NCBI GenBank assembly: GCA_964304625.1
Contig: OZ199840.1
Location: forward strand, 4,068,490 to 4,132,489
DNA: 64,000 nucleotides
From: Kudoa neothunni
Lineage: Eukaryota > Animalia > Cnidaria
Reading direction: 5' to 3'
A program made the position numbers and the translations under genes. Below, piece after piece: positions 50,792-64,000 of this stretch. Below the pieces are notes generated by a model that saw nothing but the letters and a program-made list of their open reading frames with translations, made no database searches and had not been told where the DNA came from. How positions within the stretch are numbered: the stretch's first letter is position 1; every line of letters begins with the position of its first letter.

Positions 50792-51667
50792 CTCTCCGTG
50801 TACTGCGCCGAAAAAAATCACGTGTGTTCCGATGGGGTCCGCTCGGACCCCAGAAAAAACTGTCTTAATGGTTTTTAATTTCTTTGTGCCATGTTTTAAA
50901 TAATTTTTCATCTATTTATAAGATGTTTTTCGTAGGAAATTTAATTGGTTATGAAGCGTCGGTAGACCTCAGAACGGAGTCCCATAATGCATCAATATCG
51001 GCTATTTAAAAGTAAGAAAGAATCTAACGGCACAAAAATTAAGCAAATTTCATCTAAAAAATAGTCGTTTGGAATGTGAAAACCATTTCTCAATAATAAA
51101 TTGCAAGTAAAATTGATCCGAGCGCACATCAACGGCGGCAGCTTTTTCGTATGAAATCGGAAACAACAAATTAACAATAAATAAAATAAATTGAATAAAG
51201 ATGCCTTGGCTCAAATTTATAATTTAACGAATTTTTTTAAGGAACATACAAAAAGCAAAGTTCAAATTGACTCTTGACATTTGATTTATACATCTTTTTT
51301 TGTCAGACGTAATTTGTGTTTTGAAAACACTAGATTTGCCGTGTTACTTTTGTTATGTAATTCTTAATTTCCACTTAATTTTGTTGTTTTAAACATTTTC
51401 CTTATAAATTTAATAATATCAGAAATAGGTTTTCATAGTTACAAAATTAAGTGAAACGACCGAAAATTCCACTATTGATTCGCTCTAATAATCATTAAAA
51501 TTAGCTGATAATCATTTTTTAAATGTAATGTTTTTACGCCGTTCGAAGTGTTTTAAACTTCTAGAGTAATTTCTAAATTTACAGATGGCTCAGATTTGTC
51601 TACCCGAGACTGGATTCAAGTTAATCGGAAGTGGGGTCCGCGTGGACCCCACTCCGGACAGCGAGGG
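50792..51667. mobile_element. Decayed piggyBac-type MITE
   Basis: TTAA|CTCTCCGTGT ... ACAGCGAGGG|TTGA. Matching subterminal palindromes GGGGTCCGCTCGGACCCC (~50834) and GGGGTCCGCGTGGACCCC (~51633). Confidence 0.7.
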
Positions 51668-52429
51668 TTGAAGCATTATAATATAAACGCGCGCAGTTAG
51701 AAACCGAGGACCTAAGCCACCAAAAAAGTGCATGCGCCGAGTGGGTTCTGTGGCGAGTAGAATGTTATTTCACTATTAAAATAAATTAATACACTGAAAT
51801 TGGATTAAATAATTAATTTATATTCGCAATATCCAATTTTATATGAAAATTTGATAAATCCGTTGAAAAATTAGTGTACAGTCAACTATTAGGCAAATGT
51901 TTTTCAAACCACAATTTTTGCTGTTTTAAAACACTAGAAGATAAAATATTGAGATGACACAGGGTTGGTCTTAAAAATAGATTGACAGAGAAACTATTTA
52001 TCGCATCATGTCGGCCGACCAACTTCGGTAATCCCAAAATTTAGAGCGGTACATCAATAACGTAAGGCAGTTTTTTTCTAAATGAGATAAAAGCTTTCGT
52101 CTTTCCATTTTTTAATTGCAAATAGCTTCCATTCGTGGTTCAGAGATAGAGTTAATTTTTAGAACCTCTACAATTTACTACGATCTCGGTATTACAATGA
52201 TATATTATATATTTTATTAAACAAATATAGATATAATATAGAATTAATTCCAAAAATAATTCATAAGTAATACCGGTGCTAATTGGATGAATAAACCAAA
52301 CAATGTATATTAGTTCGTGTAAACAATAACACGAACGAATACAATAAAATGAATTGTCTGGGATAAACAAAGGTCCAGAAAAAGCCTTTATCATTTTATT
52401 TTCGTTAAAATTTAATGAATTTAATAGAC

Positions 52430-52993
52430 ATATATATATATATATATATATATATTAATATACGGGAAGGGAATAAATTGTAACGATATTATCCAAAACA
52501 ATTAAGATTTAATGGTTATAATCCAATAAAAAACTTTTTTAATCCACAAATCAATTATGAATATTATGGTCGCTTGATATAATAAAACGATTATATATGA
52601 GAAAAGGAGTCGACGCTGAATCCGATAGGCCATCAGAATTAATGTACATAAATTATTAATTATACTGATTAGTTTCATAAGTATTAAAAAATAATAACTT
52701 AATTTTCATTATAAGTTTATGTATATAATATGATTTTTTTAATTTTTTCGCTCAATGCTTTTAAATAAATGCTTACATTTATACGATTAAACTGAAATTT
52801 CTATTTCCACTTAGAAATTTAAAATTTAAGCCAGGATTTTAAAAAATACCAAAATATTAATAAATCTTCACGTAATATAAGAAAAAAAGATCAAAGAATA
52901 TACATTTTAATGTATCGTAAAATTCATGTTGGATCAACCGATTTTTGGTACATTAGAGGGTTTATAACATATATATATATATATATATATATA
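52430..52993. repeat. Two (TA)~12 microsatellites (52430-52454, 52969-52993)
   Basis: Direct inspection. Confidence 0.9.
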
Positions 52994-53669
52994 TTAAATA
53001 TATCAGATATATGGTCTCATGAAACCCATGACAATCGATCGATTAAGAATTATTAAATTAATCTTATTTACAAGGAAATTTACTGTTAATAGTATGAGAA
53101 TTGATTTTGAAAAAGTTTAGAAATAATTTTTTAACATAATCACGTTGACAAATTTAAATATAGAGGGGATTGCGATATCGTACGAGAAATAGTCGATCCC
53201 ATCCTATCCATGAATGAAGGGAATGCCGAAATAATTTTTAGAATATCTTGAGTTTCAGTATTTTATTTATCTAATTCTAAAACTCCTGATCGTACGACAT
53301 TTCTAGAGGAAAACGAAATTAAAATTTTCTAAGCCATATTGTAGATATCGTGTAACGTAGATTGGTGCTATTTTTCTTCGTATTTTATAACAATAAAATA
53401 AAAAGTATTAATTTAAATATAATCGCACATTAAAAATAACGTACCAATTAAGAAATTAATAAAACGCAGAAATCACACCATAAGTCTTTTTGGGGAAAAA
53501 GGAGTAGAATTAATTGGGAATTATGAGAAATTTTATTCTCGAATATAGAAAATTATGATCAAATAAATAACTAACTAAAAGATACAATGAATGGTGGATA
53601 ATCTTAATTTTTTGGTCGAGTCCAATCGTGGCTTTTGGGTGTCATAATCGAGATTATTTTAGTTGTCAA

Positions 53670-55769
53670 ATGCCGACATTGAGAGTAACGTAGCCTTTAT
53701 CGTCAATTTTAACTAAAATTGATATTTAGGAGGTTTTAAAATTTTTGGATATTTTATCAAGAAAACATGGTTTTAACAATTTTGATCACTCATGTAAAAG
53801 CGCGATTAAATGGGACCAATCTGAATGTATTCCTATGACAAGGCTTTTGTTGAATAAATGTAATGTTAAGGTATTTCGGATACGAATATTTGATTCATGT
53901 ATTTACATCTTCTATGCATATTATCTGTAATATATAGGATGAGACGCTAGATAATCTAAAGATAATACACATTTCTGGAACTAAAGGAAAGGTTTACCTG
54001 GATTTTACATAAAACCTTTATTGATACGGTGAATAACCTTTCAAGGGATCTGTTGGTACCTTTTGTGAGAGTATTCTTCATGAATTTTCTCTGAAGACGG
54101 GCTTTTTTAGGTATTCCACATCATTAAATTAAATTATTTATTCATACACGAGGATTGATTTGTTTTTAGCTCCCCAAATCTATATGATATTCGTGAAAGA
54201 ATTCGATTGGATAAAAAAATGATATCTACTCAGATGTTTGACGATTATTACGAGTTTGTAAAAAAATGTTTGCTTGAAGACGATGTAAGCACCAATTATT
54301 GCTAATTTATTTTTTTCATGTAATAAAAATAGGTTGATTTTGACTTTAAATTTCGAAATTTTACAAGACCTGTTGGATTTTTTATGTTTATGACGGTTTT
54401 ATGTTATGTGATATTTGTAAATGAACAAGTTATTGATTGATTTTGCTGTTTCTAATTAATAGAAACTTAAGATTGAAGTGGCGATAATTGAGTGTGGAGT
54501 TGGAGGTCGATACGACTGTACTAATGTGGTACAGCACACACAACTTTGTGGAATAACTGAAATAGGGTTAGAACATGAGGAAATTCTTGGAAATACAATC
54601 GAAAAAATTATTCATCATAAAAGTGGGATAATAAAAAAGAACAGTAAAGTTTATTTAATAAAACCAACTCAGTTTTCAGTGCTCAAGGACGTGAAGAACG
54701 AAGCTGCCCTGAATAATGTAATCAGATTGACTATTCAGCACAAATTATTTTTTTACAATATTTAGGCTTCACTTGATATGGTGGATAGATATACCTATCC
54801 ATGGATCTCTCATTTAAAGCTAAATATGGGTGGGATTCATCAATATGATAATGCTTCATTAGCACTTTCTCTGGCTACATCTATGCTATTAAATTGTATT
54901 ATATTAGTAGTTTAATTTAATTAAAACATTTGTCAATTTAGATGATATTAATTGTGTAAATAACGACTTATTTTATACAAAAATAACAAAAGCATTAGAA
55001 AGTTGTCATCTTCCTGGCAGATGTGACTTAATTTGTAAAGATAATATAAGATTTTTTATTGATGGAGCTCATACTGAAGAGAGCATTCAGGTTGTTTTTC
55101 GATATTTAAAATACATTCTCATGTTTTTCCGGAAACTTTGAATATTTTTAATTTTCTTTAGATTTAACTTATTAAATTATTCTTAATTAATGATTAATAA
55201 GGATTATTTAGTGTTGCATCAATTGGATTGAAAATTGCAACTTTTTCACAAATACTAAGTAATTTAATCTTTATCTCACAAATAAACATATTTATAAAGT
55301 TGTAGAAAGATTCTGGTATTTTTTTGTACAGGTGGAAGAAATTATATTAAATTTTTGAACATACTCTCTGTATGATATATTTTGTGTGTGTTCTTTTTAT
55401 TATTTGGTTGGTAGGAAAAACAGTTTGACACCTATATATTCTGTCCGAACGTAGTTGACGTCTCGACCGAGTGGAATAGCGGTAGTGGTTGGATTTTGAG
55501 CTAATTTTTACATTATTATAGACATCATGTGTTTTGATCACGAGAAGCTTTCTAGGGAAAAATGTTCCCGGTCCATGTTATACGGTTTCTGCTCTTCTAA
55601 AGTCAGCATAAAAAAGGATGTGTTATTTTTTCCAAACGTTGATGATACGATCAAATATATAAAGAAAATTTCAGCAATTAAAAGCTTTAACGGTTCTAAT
55701 GTACTTGTCATCGGCAGCATGTATTTGGCTGGCTGTTTTCTTTCACAACTGAAAGCCCATTTCAGATAA
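53670..55769 (+). CDS. FPGS: Folylpolyglutamate synthase, multi-exon (start codon tentative)
   Basis: IIHISGTKGK|GS, KTGFFS|SPNLYDIRERIR, IIECGVGGRYDCTNVV, ITEIGLEHEEILGNTIEKI..KSGIIK, LPGRC, FFIDGAHTEESI, VLVIGSMYLAG, joined by short GT-AG introns. Confidence 0.93.
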
Positions 55770-57378
55770 TTATTTTGTTCAGTAGAATATTCTTATTTAA
55801 TTTTTTTTTGAAAAGTAATGATATTGAAAAAATTGGAGAAATTAAGTCAATCAAACATTTAAGTTGCTAAATTATAATACATTTCTGTATTTGAATAAGA
55901 TATTCATTCAAAAAATTATTTATGTAGATAAGTTAAAAATATTAGTCAGACAACAAAGACGCATTCGTGGATTCGAGGGAGAATGATGAAATCACGTGCT
56001 TCGGTTAATTACCGAACATAAGCATGCAATAAATTGTGGTGAGAAAATTTTTTCCCCATTTTTAAATTTACAGAAAAGTCTGTTAACTTTTCAGTGCCAA
56101 ATAAATTTATCTTAGAAGGCGAAATAATTAATAACCGTTACAGATTTCCAATGTGAATTGTTCCATATAAAATTATTGATCCATTGTAAACGTTCGTTGT
56201 AGTTAGAAAATACAACGAAAGAAGTCCTAATAAAGGCAATAACTTTTTCGTGTAATTTAAAGATAAAGTAACAAGAAGCACGATATTTAGGCCAATTTGT
56301 TTTTGCATGTCATCGAGGAAGGAAGTGAAGTGGTTAAATTGTCTAAACTGATAGTTGAACATAAAATAATATTAGCCCCTAAGGAATATACCATATTTTT
56401 ATTCAAAAAATGTAAAATTTACGATTGTAGTTAGAGAAAATGTTGTGCAAAAAACAAGAAACAAGCTGGTCGACTAATTTAAAAAATCCAAGAATTAGAT
56501 GTCGAAATTAAGTGTAGTCTTTCTCAACCAATAAAAATATTAACAATTATCAGGAAAACTATTTTGATATAAATTTAAATAAATATTTCTTAATGAATTT
56601 ATTTTTGAGTTTTATTGTGACTAATCCGATATCACACGTTCGCAGGTGCAGTCATTATTTTGTATATTAACATCTCCCTTTTAATTGTTACATTAATAGT
56701 TTCTTTTTTTTATATAGTATATATAACTATTTTTGAACCATTTTACATGACTAAAAAAAGAAATAGACACTTTGCTGCTATAATATAAAACTTTAAGACA
56801 AAATTTGTTTACGGACGTTCCCTCGCCTATTTGACAAAAATAATTCTAAATGAAGCGATAAATTATTTTTATTAAGTCCAATTTTTGGAATCTTTGTTTG
56901 AACATTTATAAAAATAATTTTTCCTCTTAATAATCACTTTAAACTTTATATAATAAACTTGTTGCAAGTTATAACCTAGGATTAGAAATTAAATAAAAGT
57001 TTGTAGTGAGTATAATTCCTCGTGATATATTATATGAAATGAAAATTTAATTCTTCTATTATTATTATGATTGTAATATAACAATTGATAAATGTTAATC
57101 ATCATTAACGTGCCACAAATTTCTTATGTAGCTCGATTAACTAATATCATAGAACAATAACATTAATTGGCTTCGAGCTTTCAACGATTTATCGCTCCAC
57201 ACGGAAGTAGAAGCAGTCCTTTGTAAGAATATTGGTAGTATAACAATTTAATCGCTCAAGTGCTGCTCTACAATAAACTATTGAATAGTTGGAATTTGAT
57301 ACTTTAATAATTTAATGATTCAAATTTCACCTGCAATTACATCAGTTATTTCTGAACAAAAAACGATTTAATAAAAAA

Positions 57379-60300
57379 ATGGAAGAAAGTGAGGGCGAAC
57401 TTATAGACCTACCTCAAACTATTCGTCAACAGCATGTATTTTTATAAAAAATAATCTCCGATTAGTTCATTATCCTCATCTACAAAAATATTTTAAACTA
57501 GTACGTCTTAAGTGTTTTTTTAAAAAATACTGGTGTTGGATGTTGTATTTACGACAAGTTGACTGGCAAAGTTATTCTCATCCCAGACATAACGACAACA
57601 AAACCATTATTTGATTTGAAAAAAGGTAACCATCTCAAATCACTTTTTGTATGCACATCTAATTTTTGGACATAGTAATAGAAAAAGTTGGACTACCAAG
57701 TTTGATTATATCAACGAAATGCTGCGTTGAGAAGATGAAGGAATTTTTTAAGAAGGGTTAAACTTTTCGAGTGATTATTTATCAAGTGTTCTTTTTAGAA
57801 GGAATTATGGTCGGAGAGATGGACTACTTTCCTGTCGTAGTTCACGGTATTTGGATTGGCAATATCTTTAATTTATTCAGATTAGATTATGCATCATGCC
57901 TCAAAAGAATGTATAACGTAAAAATTACTGAACTTGGGGACGATATTAGTGATATGGAGCACCATTTTTACGTTAATAAGTTTATTGATCAATCAGATAC
58001 GTTCACTGTAAGAGTTACTGTATAGCATGGCAATCTGTTTATAACGCATCAAGATTAAATCATTTGGTGCTTTATTGTATTACATGTCGAAAAAGTTTTA
58101 TGATGAGAAAAATGCCGACCACAACAACGAAAATTCGGATATGTTTAGCATTAGCACGATAGAACGAAGACTTATGTATTTTACAATTTGTAAATGGCAG
58201 CTAAATTTTTGTAGCTACAAGGAATTGATAATGGATTGGTATAGTATGAGGTGATCGGATTGAGTTTATATCTATTTTATAAAAACGAACCTAATTCGTT
58301 GTATGTTAGTGGATTAAAAATTTTTGGTAAAAAAATAAGAAAAAACAATCAATACTTCGACAAAAAACAACAAAAATACAATAAAAAAAATAATATCTAT
58401 GCGATAAAAAATATTGTCGATGACATAAATCTGTTCAGTAAATAATAAATTCTAATTTTAATTGATTGGTTGGTGGTCTATTTATATGTAGATATATTCA
58501 ATGTGACATTCACTAAAATTGGATATCAAACTATGTTTGACTGGTTTCTGCATCCTCTGTATGACAAGGATGCGATTGAGAAACGTCTAGATTGTGTTGA
58601 GTTTTTTTGTTCTATATATAACTCACAAAATTTCAGTGATATCAAAGAAAATCTCACAAAAATCTATGATATTAGGGTGTTATTAGACTTAGTTGACTTT
58701 ATTTTCTTTATTTTTAATATTCCAATAGGGGATAATTACTAAAAACGATTACTCCTTTGCATATTATGATTGGAAAAAAATTGAAAAGGTTGAGTTTCGT
58801 TGAATTTCTAAGTTAATATTTGTTCGGTAGTGTCTAACTCATTCGAAAATAATCTATGAAATTATATGTCAATATTCTGCTAATAATTATGTTTTTTCAA
58901 AAGTAATTCAGAGCTTAAATATAACTTTTTGTTTTATTTAAATAGATAAAAGAAATTTACCATGACGTTAATATTGATGAGATTATAAATGAGATGAAAT
59001 TTATTGTAATATAAATTAAAAGTAAATATATTTTTGTTGATGTTATTGTAAAAGGTAAACTTTACTGATACCAAAATGAACCAAAAATTTACCGTCAAAA
59101 AGGAATATGACGATCGTTTGGATAGGAGTAATTGAATCACGTTTCTCATATAATTTGTGAATGATTAGAAAAAGAAGTCTATCTCAACCTACCTAATATC
59201 TTGACTGATTCGGTTAAATACGAGATGAAAAGATTGAATGGAATCCTAGAAGAATGCAACATTTTTTATTTGCCCCAGGTTATTTTTTGTTTAATATCGG
59301 CGGCGATATTGCGTCTTCTTGGTTGATTCTGACTTTGTAGTTGGGATATCTTTTAACTATTAGAACTGAGCTCCTCAACGATACTAAAATAGAGCAGCTG
59401 TCTCAATTTTCAATTGATTTTGTGGTAAATAATTTTGAGTTGCTTTTTAGTTTAGAGTGAATCAATTTCATACTAGGAATACCTTGTTTTTATAAAAATT
59501 AGAAAATTATTTTTTTAAACTAAGGTTAGTATAAAAGAGATAATTATCTAATATGTATATTTTAAGTTCTCTGCAAACGGATATTCTCATTTCAAAAGTC
59601 CTGAAACAGAACGTAATTCTCTGTTAACTCTAAATTTATTTTCCGGTTGTTTAGGGCTTGATAATGAGATTGGCGATCTTCAATGTGAAATCATGGGTAT
59701 GTCTAAGACTTCAAATAATCGAATTAAACTCGAGAAAATTTATAATTCCAGCAATCTAGAATATTTAGGGAAAGATATTTAATATTAAAAGCGACATTCG
59801 TGCATGCGATTTGTTGATAGAATAGCAAGGGATTTTAGAATATCCTTTTCAGCACTAGATTTTCTCACTGTTATTATATATAAAAAATATATACTAAATA
59901 ATTTATTTTTGGGAACATTCAAACAGATTAATGTTTTTATTGAATACTCGTTACATATAACATTGTTACACACATCGCATACTTGTTTTCCCCGCCTTAC
60001 GATGCGTACAGGACATAAACTACATCGTTTCCTATTTTTTGTATTGTTAACTTCCATAAATGATGTATTAGTCTCATTTAATTTAAACTTAACTATTTCA
60101 AGAGAACGTTTGAAGGCGGGTTGACGTCCAATTTTGTTGGTCTTCAGCTCTTGTCTTCTGGTGGCTTATAATCTAAGAAGCGAATAAGTCCACTGAAAAT
60201 TGTTGTCGGCGATTAAGTTTATCTTTCAGATATTCCAGAATGCTTTGAAAAGACACTAAAAAGAATTAAAAGCAGCCACATCAATAATTTGTTAGTAGAT

Positions 60301-63300
60301 AATTGATTTGAGAAGTTCGAACCTGACGTTGATACACTTATCGCGAAATTGTGACATTAACTTTAAATAAAATAAAGTATATAGCTATTATCATAATCCT
60401 TTTTGGCTGCAAACTGGCTTAAAATAAAATTTTAACAGTTTACTTCTTAAGTGGGATGGTGGAGCCCAAGGTCACCCACTAAGGGTTAATTTGAGTCAAA
60501 ATCCGTTTTTACAATATACTGATATTCATTTGAATAAGAAGTGAATTTATAAACTATTAATTTGTATTATGTTAACAATTTTTTTTCAAACTTTTTTTAG
60601 CTTTATTAAAAGGATTATTATAAAATATATGGGATTGTTAAGGTGGTTTTTAGTAGCATGAGATAGGGTTTTCATCGTTAACACAATCTTGAATGAACTC
60701 AATAAGCTTTAATGAGTTATTTAATTAAAAATATATGAAGCGACTTTTGAAAAAGTGGACTTTTGGTTAAGGTTGTTTAGAAATTATTGAGTATACAGTA
60801 TAATGTATATATAAAGATAGGTTGTGGCATTTAAACTTACTTTATCTTGAACATATTATAAAAATGAACGCTTTTGAATAACTTATAAATGCATAATTTT
60901 AGACTAATATATATATATACAGAAACATTAATTATACTTTTTGCATTTCGTACACATATTTTGTTAGCATTTTGTTTCTAATACTGCTTCATGGAGGTAT
61001 ATAATCATTATATGTGAAACTTAAAAATATATTTTTTCATGGAGAAGAAATTTTTTCATATTTTAATTAACGCTATGTAATTATTTTTCCTTTCAAGAGA
61101 AAATGGATATGAATATAATATATATGAAATTATAAAGTTTAGTCATTGAATAATAATGAAGCTAATTCAGTTTGTAAAGATTATATACCCTCTCATTTTA
61201 AATTACTTACAACAGTTGAAAATGAATATTTTTGTTGGTATTAAGATGAAATATATTCTTTAAAATATACCTAACTATATTTAATGGTTAATTAATTTCT
61301 TCCAATCTCATTTTCTCCATAGAAAAAGCTTTAATGCAAATATACCCTTTGTAATTTGAGGTAACGCTGATTATTTTAAAATATTATTTCAGATCTGATC
61401 ATTATTCAAAGAATTAATTGATTAATTAATAAAGTTAATGCAGTTTTAATTAATCTTCTCAATTTTATGTTTAAGATTGATAAAAGTCAATTTAAATTCT
61501 GAGACTTATCGAATTTTGAAAACGAACATTAATATTGAAATGTCTGTATATTTTTTTCTATTTCAGGAATCAAGCCTGTAATTTTTTAATAAAAAATTCT
61601 AAAAGAATTATTTCCAAATGAAGCCACCTTTTAGGTTTTCTGTTCACGCATGTCGACGAAAATTTTCTGCCAAATAAATAATGTAATGTTCGGCATGCTT
61701 TCATAAAATAATAATAATAATATCTTCATGTATTTTCAATAATTCGAAAATCTGTTATTTATAATTTTTTGGTATATTTTGGTGATATATTAAAAAAATA
61801 GGTTATTGCTCTCTAGCAATAAAAGTGAACTGAGTTGAAAAAGTTTGTGAACTCACATGCTGTTGAAACTCATATTTGTACATATATATCATATTAACTT
61901 TGGTCTCTAAGAGCTGTATTAATCGATTAAAACTAGTTCCAATGGCTTACTACGGTATTATATTTTTAATAAATCACCAAATTAACTCTGATAATTTTTC
62001 TTTATAAGTTGGATCTGGAATAGACGGTATTAATTCTAAGTTTATAGTTTTACTAATTAAAGGGTCTTTAATAATCTTTGACCTACCAATTTGATATTTA
62101 AGAGCCCTAAATAATGATTAGTAGAATCTCATTTTTAAGCTTTGAGTCACACGTTTCGATGAAAGGAAGATAGTTTACTCCGATTGACATATTTACATAT
62201 TTTTCGTTTTCAATTTAGTTTTTATTTAAATCAAAATAAAAAGAGACGATTATAATTTAAATTTTATCTATTCTCGTTGAATTACTCAATAATTGTAGGT
62301 TAATATAAAAATTGATTATACATAATGTTCTTAAGCTACCAAATTATCAATGGAGTAACTATTATAAATGCGGTTTAAATTATTTAAATACGAATAAAAG
62401 CATGTTAAAAATTTTCAAACATATTTTTTAGTAGTTCCTGTAATTTATTCGCATGTGTCATTTCACGACCAAAAAGTTACGATTGGTACTATATCAGATT
62501 TCGAATTTAAGTGTATAGGATCATCTGTTGATGATTGATACAAGACGTTAACTTTAGTTACTGTACTTAATATAGGAAGAGAATAACTTATTCAGTTTTA
62601 TGATATCGTGATATTCTTTTGGTATTTGATAACAAAATTTTTTATTAATTGAAAATAATCGATAAAAAATCTATCGATTACTTTTATATAAATAGATTAT
62701 TCTAGTTATGGGTTATATTTAATTTTTAAATCGAATTAATAAGAAATTAATGTAGATATTTTACTAATGATTCATTAACGTATTATTGGATAATATCATC
62801 TTTAAAATAAATTAATAAAAATATATACGAACTCTGGACATGAATTATCATCCTTTTTTCTCTTTATCAGCGGCATAGCTGGTTAAGGTAAAATGGGCGA
62901 GAATAAAATAGCATGTTTCATGTGATTATAGTAATTAGCGTGAGTGTTGTAAATGTTATATAAATTAAAAAATACATTAAATATGCTAAAAAATTCTTAA
63001 TTATAAGTTTCTACTAGAGTATAAATTTTATAATTTATACTTACGTTGGTATTCTTAATTGCCTTCGATTCCACCTGTAGTTTGTGCCGGATAAAATTTT
63101 TTTATTTATGACTGTCAAATTTAACTGCTTCGTTTTAAACAGTCTGGAAAACTAAATATTTTTGTTTTGATAAAATTGCTTTTTTACATTTTTGAAGAGA
63201 TTATAGTATTACAATTTAAATCGCTTTAGCTTCATATTCTATATCTTGTAATTTAGACATTTTCCATTCTTTTAGATTTTCCGTGAACCTCTGATTCTTA

Positions 63301-64000
63301 CACGTTTTAAAATTTATTGTCATTCTTTAATTTTAATCATAGAACTATTTTGAGTTAATATATGATTCATATGGTTAAAATATATGCGGCCTTTCATTTC
63401 GTGGTTTTATACTGAATTAAATTTGATATTAACGTATTAATACTGAGTTATTAGATCATGAGACAGAAATATCTATACAGTTACAAGACTTAATAGTTTC
63501 GAGCAATGTTAAACTGAATCAACTCATTGAGATCATTGGTGAGATAGATTGTCTGATGGCATTCACCGAAAACGCCGTTCGGTACAATCTTCATCGTCCA
63601 ATAATAGTTAATGAGAGCGTGATTGAGTTGAAAGAATCCAGAAATTTACTTTACGAATTGGTTATACCAGAATTTATCGAAAATGATTTTTCGATAGGAA
63701 CTGACCAGAGTCGCATTAATGTTTTGTTTAGTTCCAATTGTTCAGGAAAAAGTGTACTACTTAAACAAGTAGGAAATAAAATTTTTTACTCTTTAACGTA
63801 GTTATTTGAATTAAAAATTCAAAAAGGTTGGATTAATTGTCTACATGGCTCACATTGGCTCATTTGTTCCTGCCAAATATGCTAAAATTGGTCTAACGGA
63901 CCAAATATTTACAAAACTTAATCAATCAGATTCAGTCATTTCTGGAAATTCAACATTTGGTTCTGATCTCAACCAAGCAATTCCAATAATTTTGTCTAAA
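57379..64000 (+). CDS. MSH5: MutS homolog 5 (meiotic crossover protein), multi-exon, truncated by the window end
   Basis: GVGCCIYD..LIPD, DWFLHPLYDKDAIEKRLDCVEFF, YLPQ|LGYL, LDNEIGDLQCEIM|DHETEI, NCSGKSVLLKQ|VGLIVYMAHIGSFVPA..STFGSDLNQ. Contains a 3758-nt intron at 59697-63454. Confidence 0.92.
59785..60485 (-). mobile_element. Internally deleted piggyBac remnant in the large MSH5 intron
   Basis: End TTAA|CCCTTAGTGGGTGACC on the minus strand. Remnant peptides IIDVAAFNSF and Cys-rich RKRCSLCP..CDVCNNVIC..IC. Confidence 0.75.

Noticed and set aside
55984-56050. Possible C/D snoRNA (ATGATGA box)
   Set aside because: No CTGA D box at a suitable distance and no terminal stem.
1-64000. CRISPR arrays, rRNA, intact tRNA genes, prokaryotic operons
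   Set aside because: None seen. The DNA is intron-containing eukaryotic sequence, and the tRNA-like boxes belong to SINE heads that lack a full cloverleaf.

Overview
AT-rich eukaryotic nuclear DNA with compact genes whose GT-AG introns are mostly ~35-70 nt, separated by dense and often nested DNA-transposon insertions. The pattern suggests a small-intron animal parasite such as a myxozoan; this is inference only. Host genes: YJU2B/CCDC130 (+), mitochondrial-type thioredoxin (-), LSM4 (-), an orphan single-pass membrane protein (+), a divergent histone H3 (-), a USP22-like deubiquitinase (-), FPGS (+) and MSH5 (+, runs off the window end). Mobile elements: an intact Tigger/pogo element plus a decayed relative, two full-length piggyBacs plus remnants, three ~1-kb Merlin (IS1016/ISXO2-like) elements, several hATs (MITEs and a GTF2IRD2-like pseudo-transposase), two abutting long-TIR elements with 9-bp TSDs, two Helitron MITEs and two tRNA-headed SINE-like insertions. 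The strongest non-obvious result is that the Tigger 'ORF fragments' join into one intact 482-aa transposase split by three phase-1 spliceosomal introns. Two of those introns, and the 48-nt exon between them, recur in the divergent second Tigger family 36 kb away.
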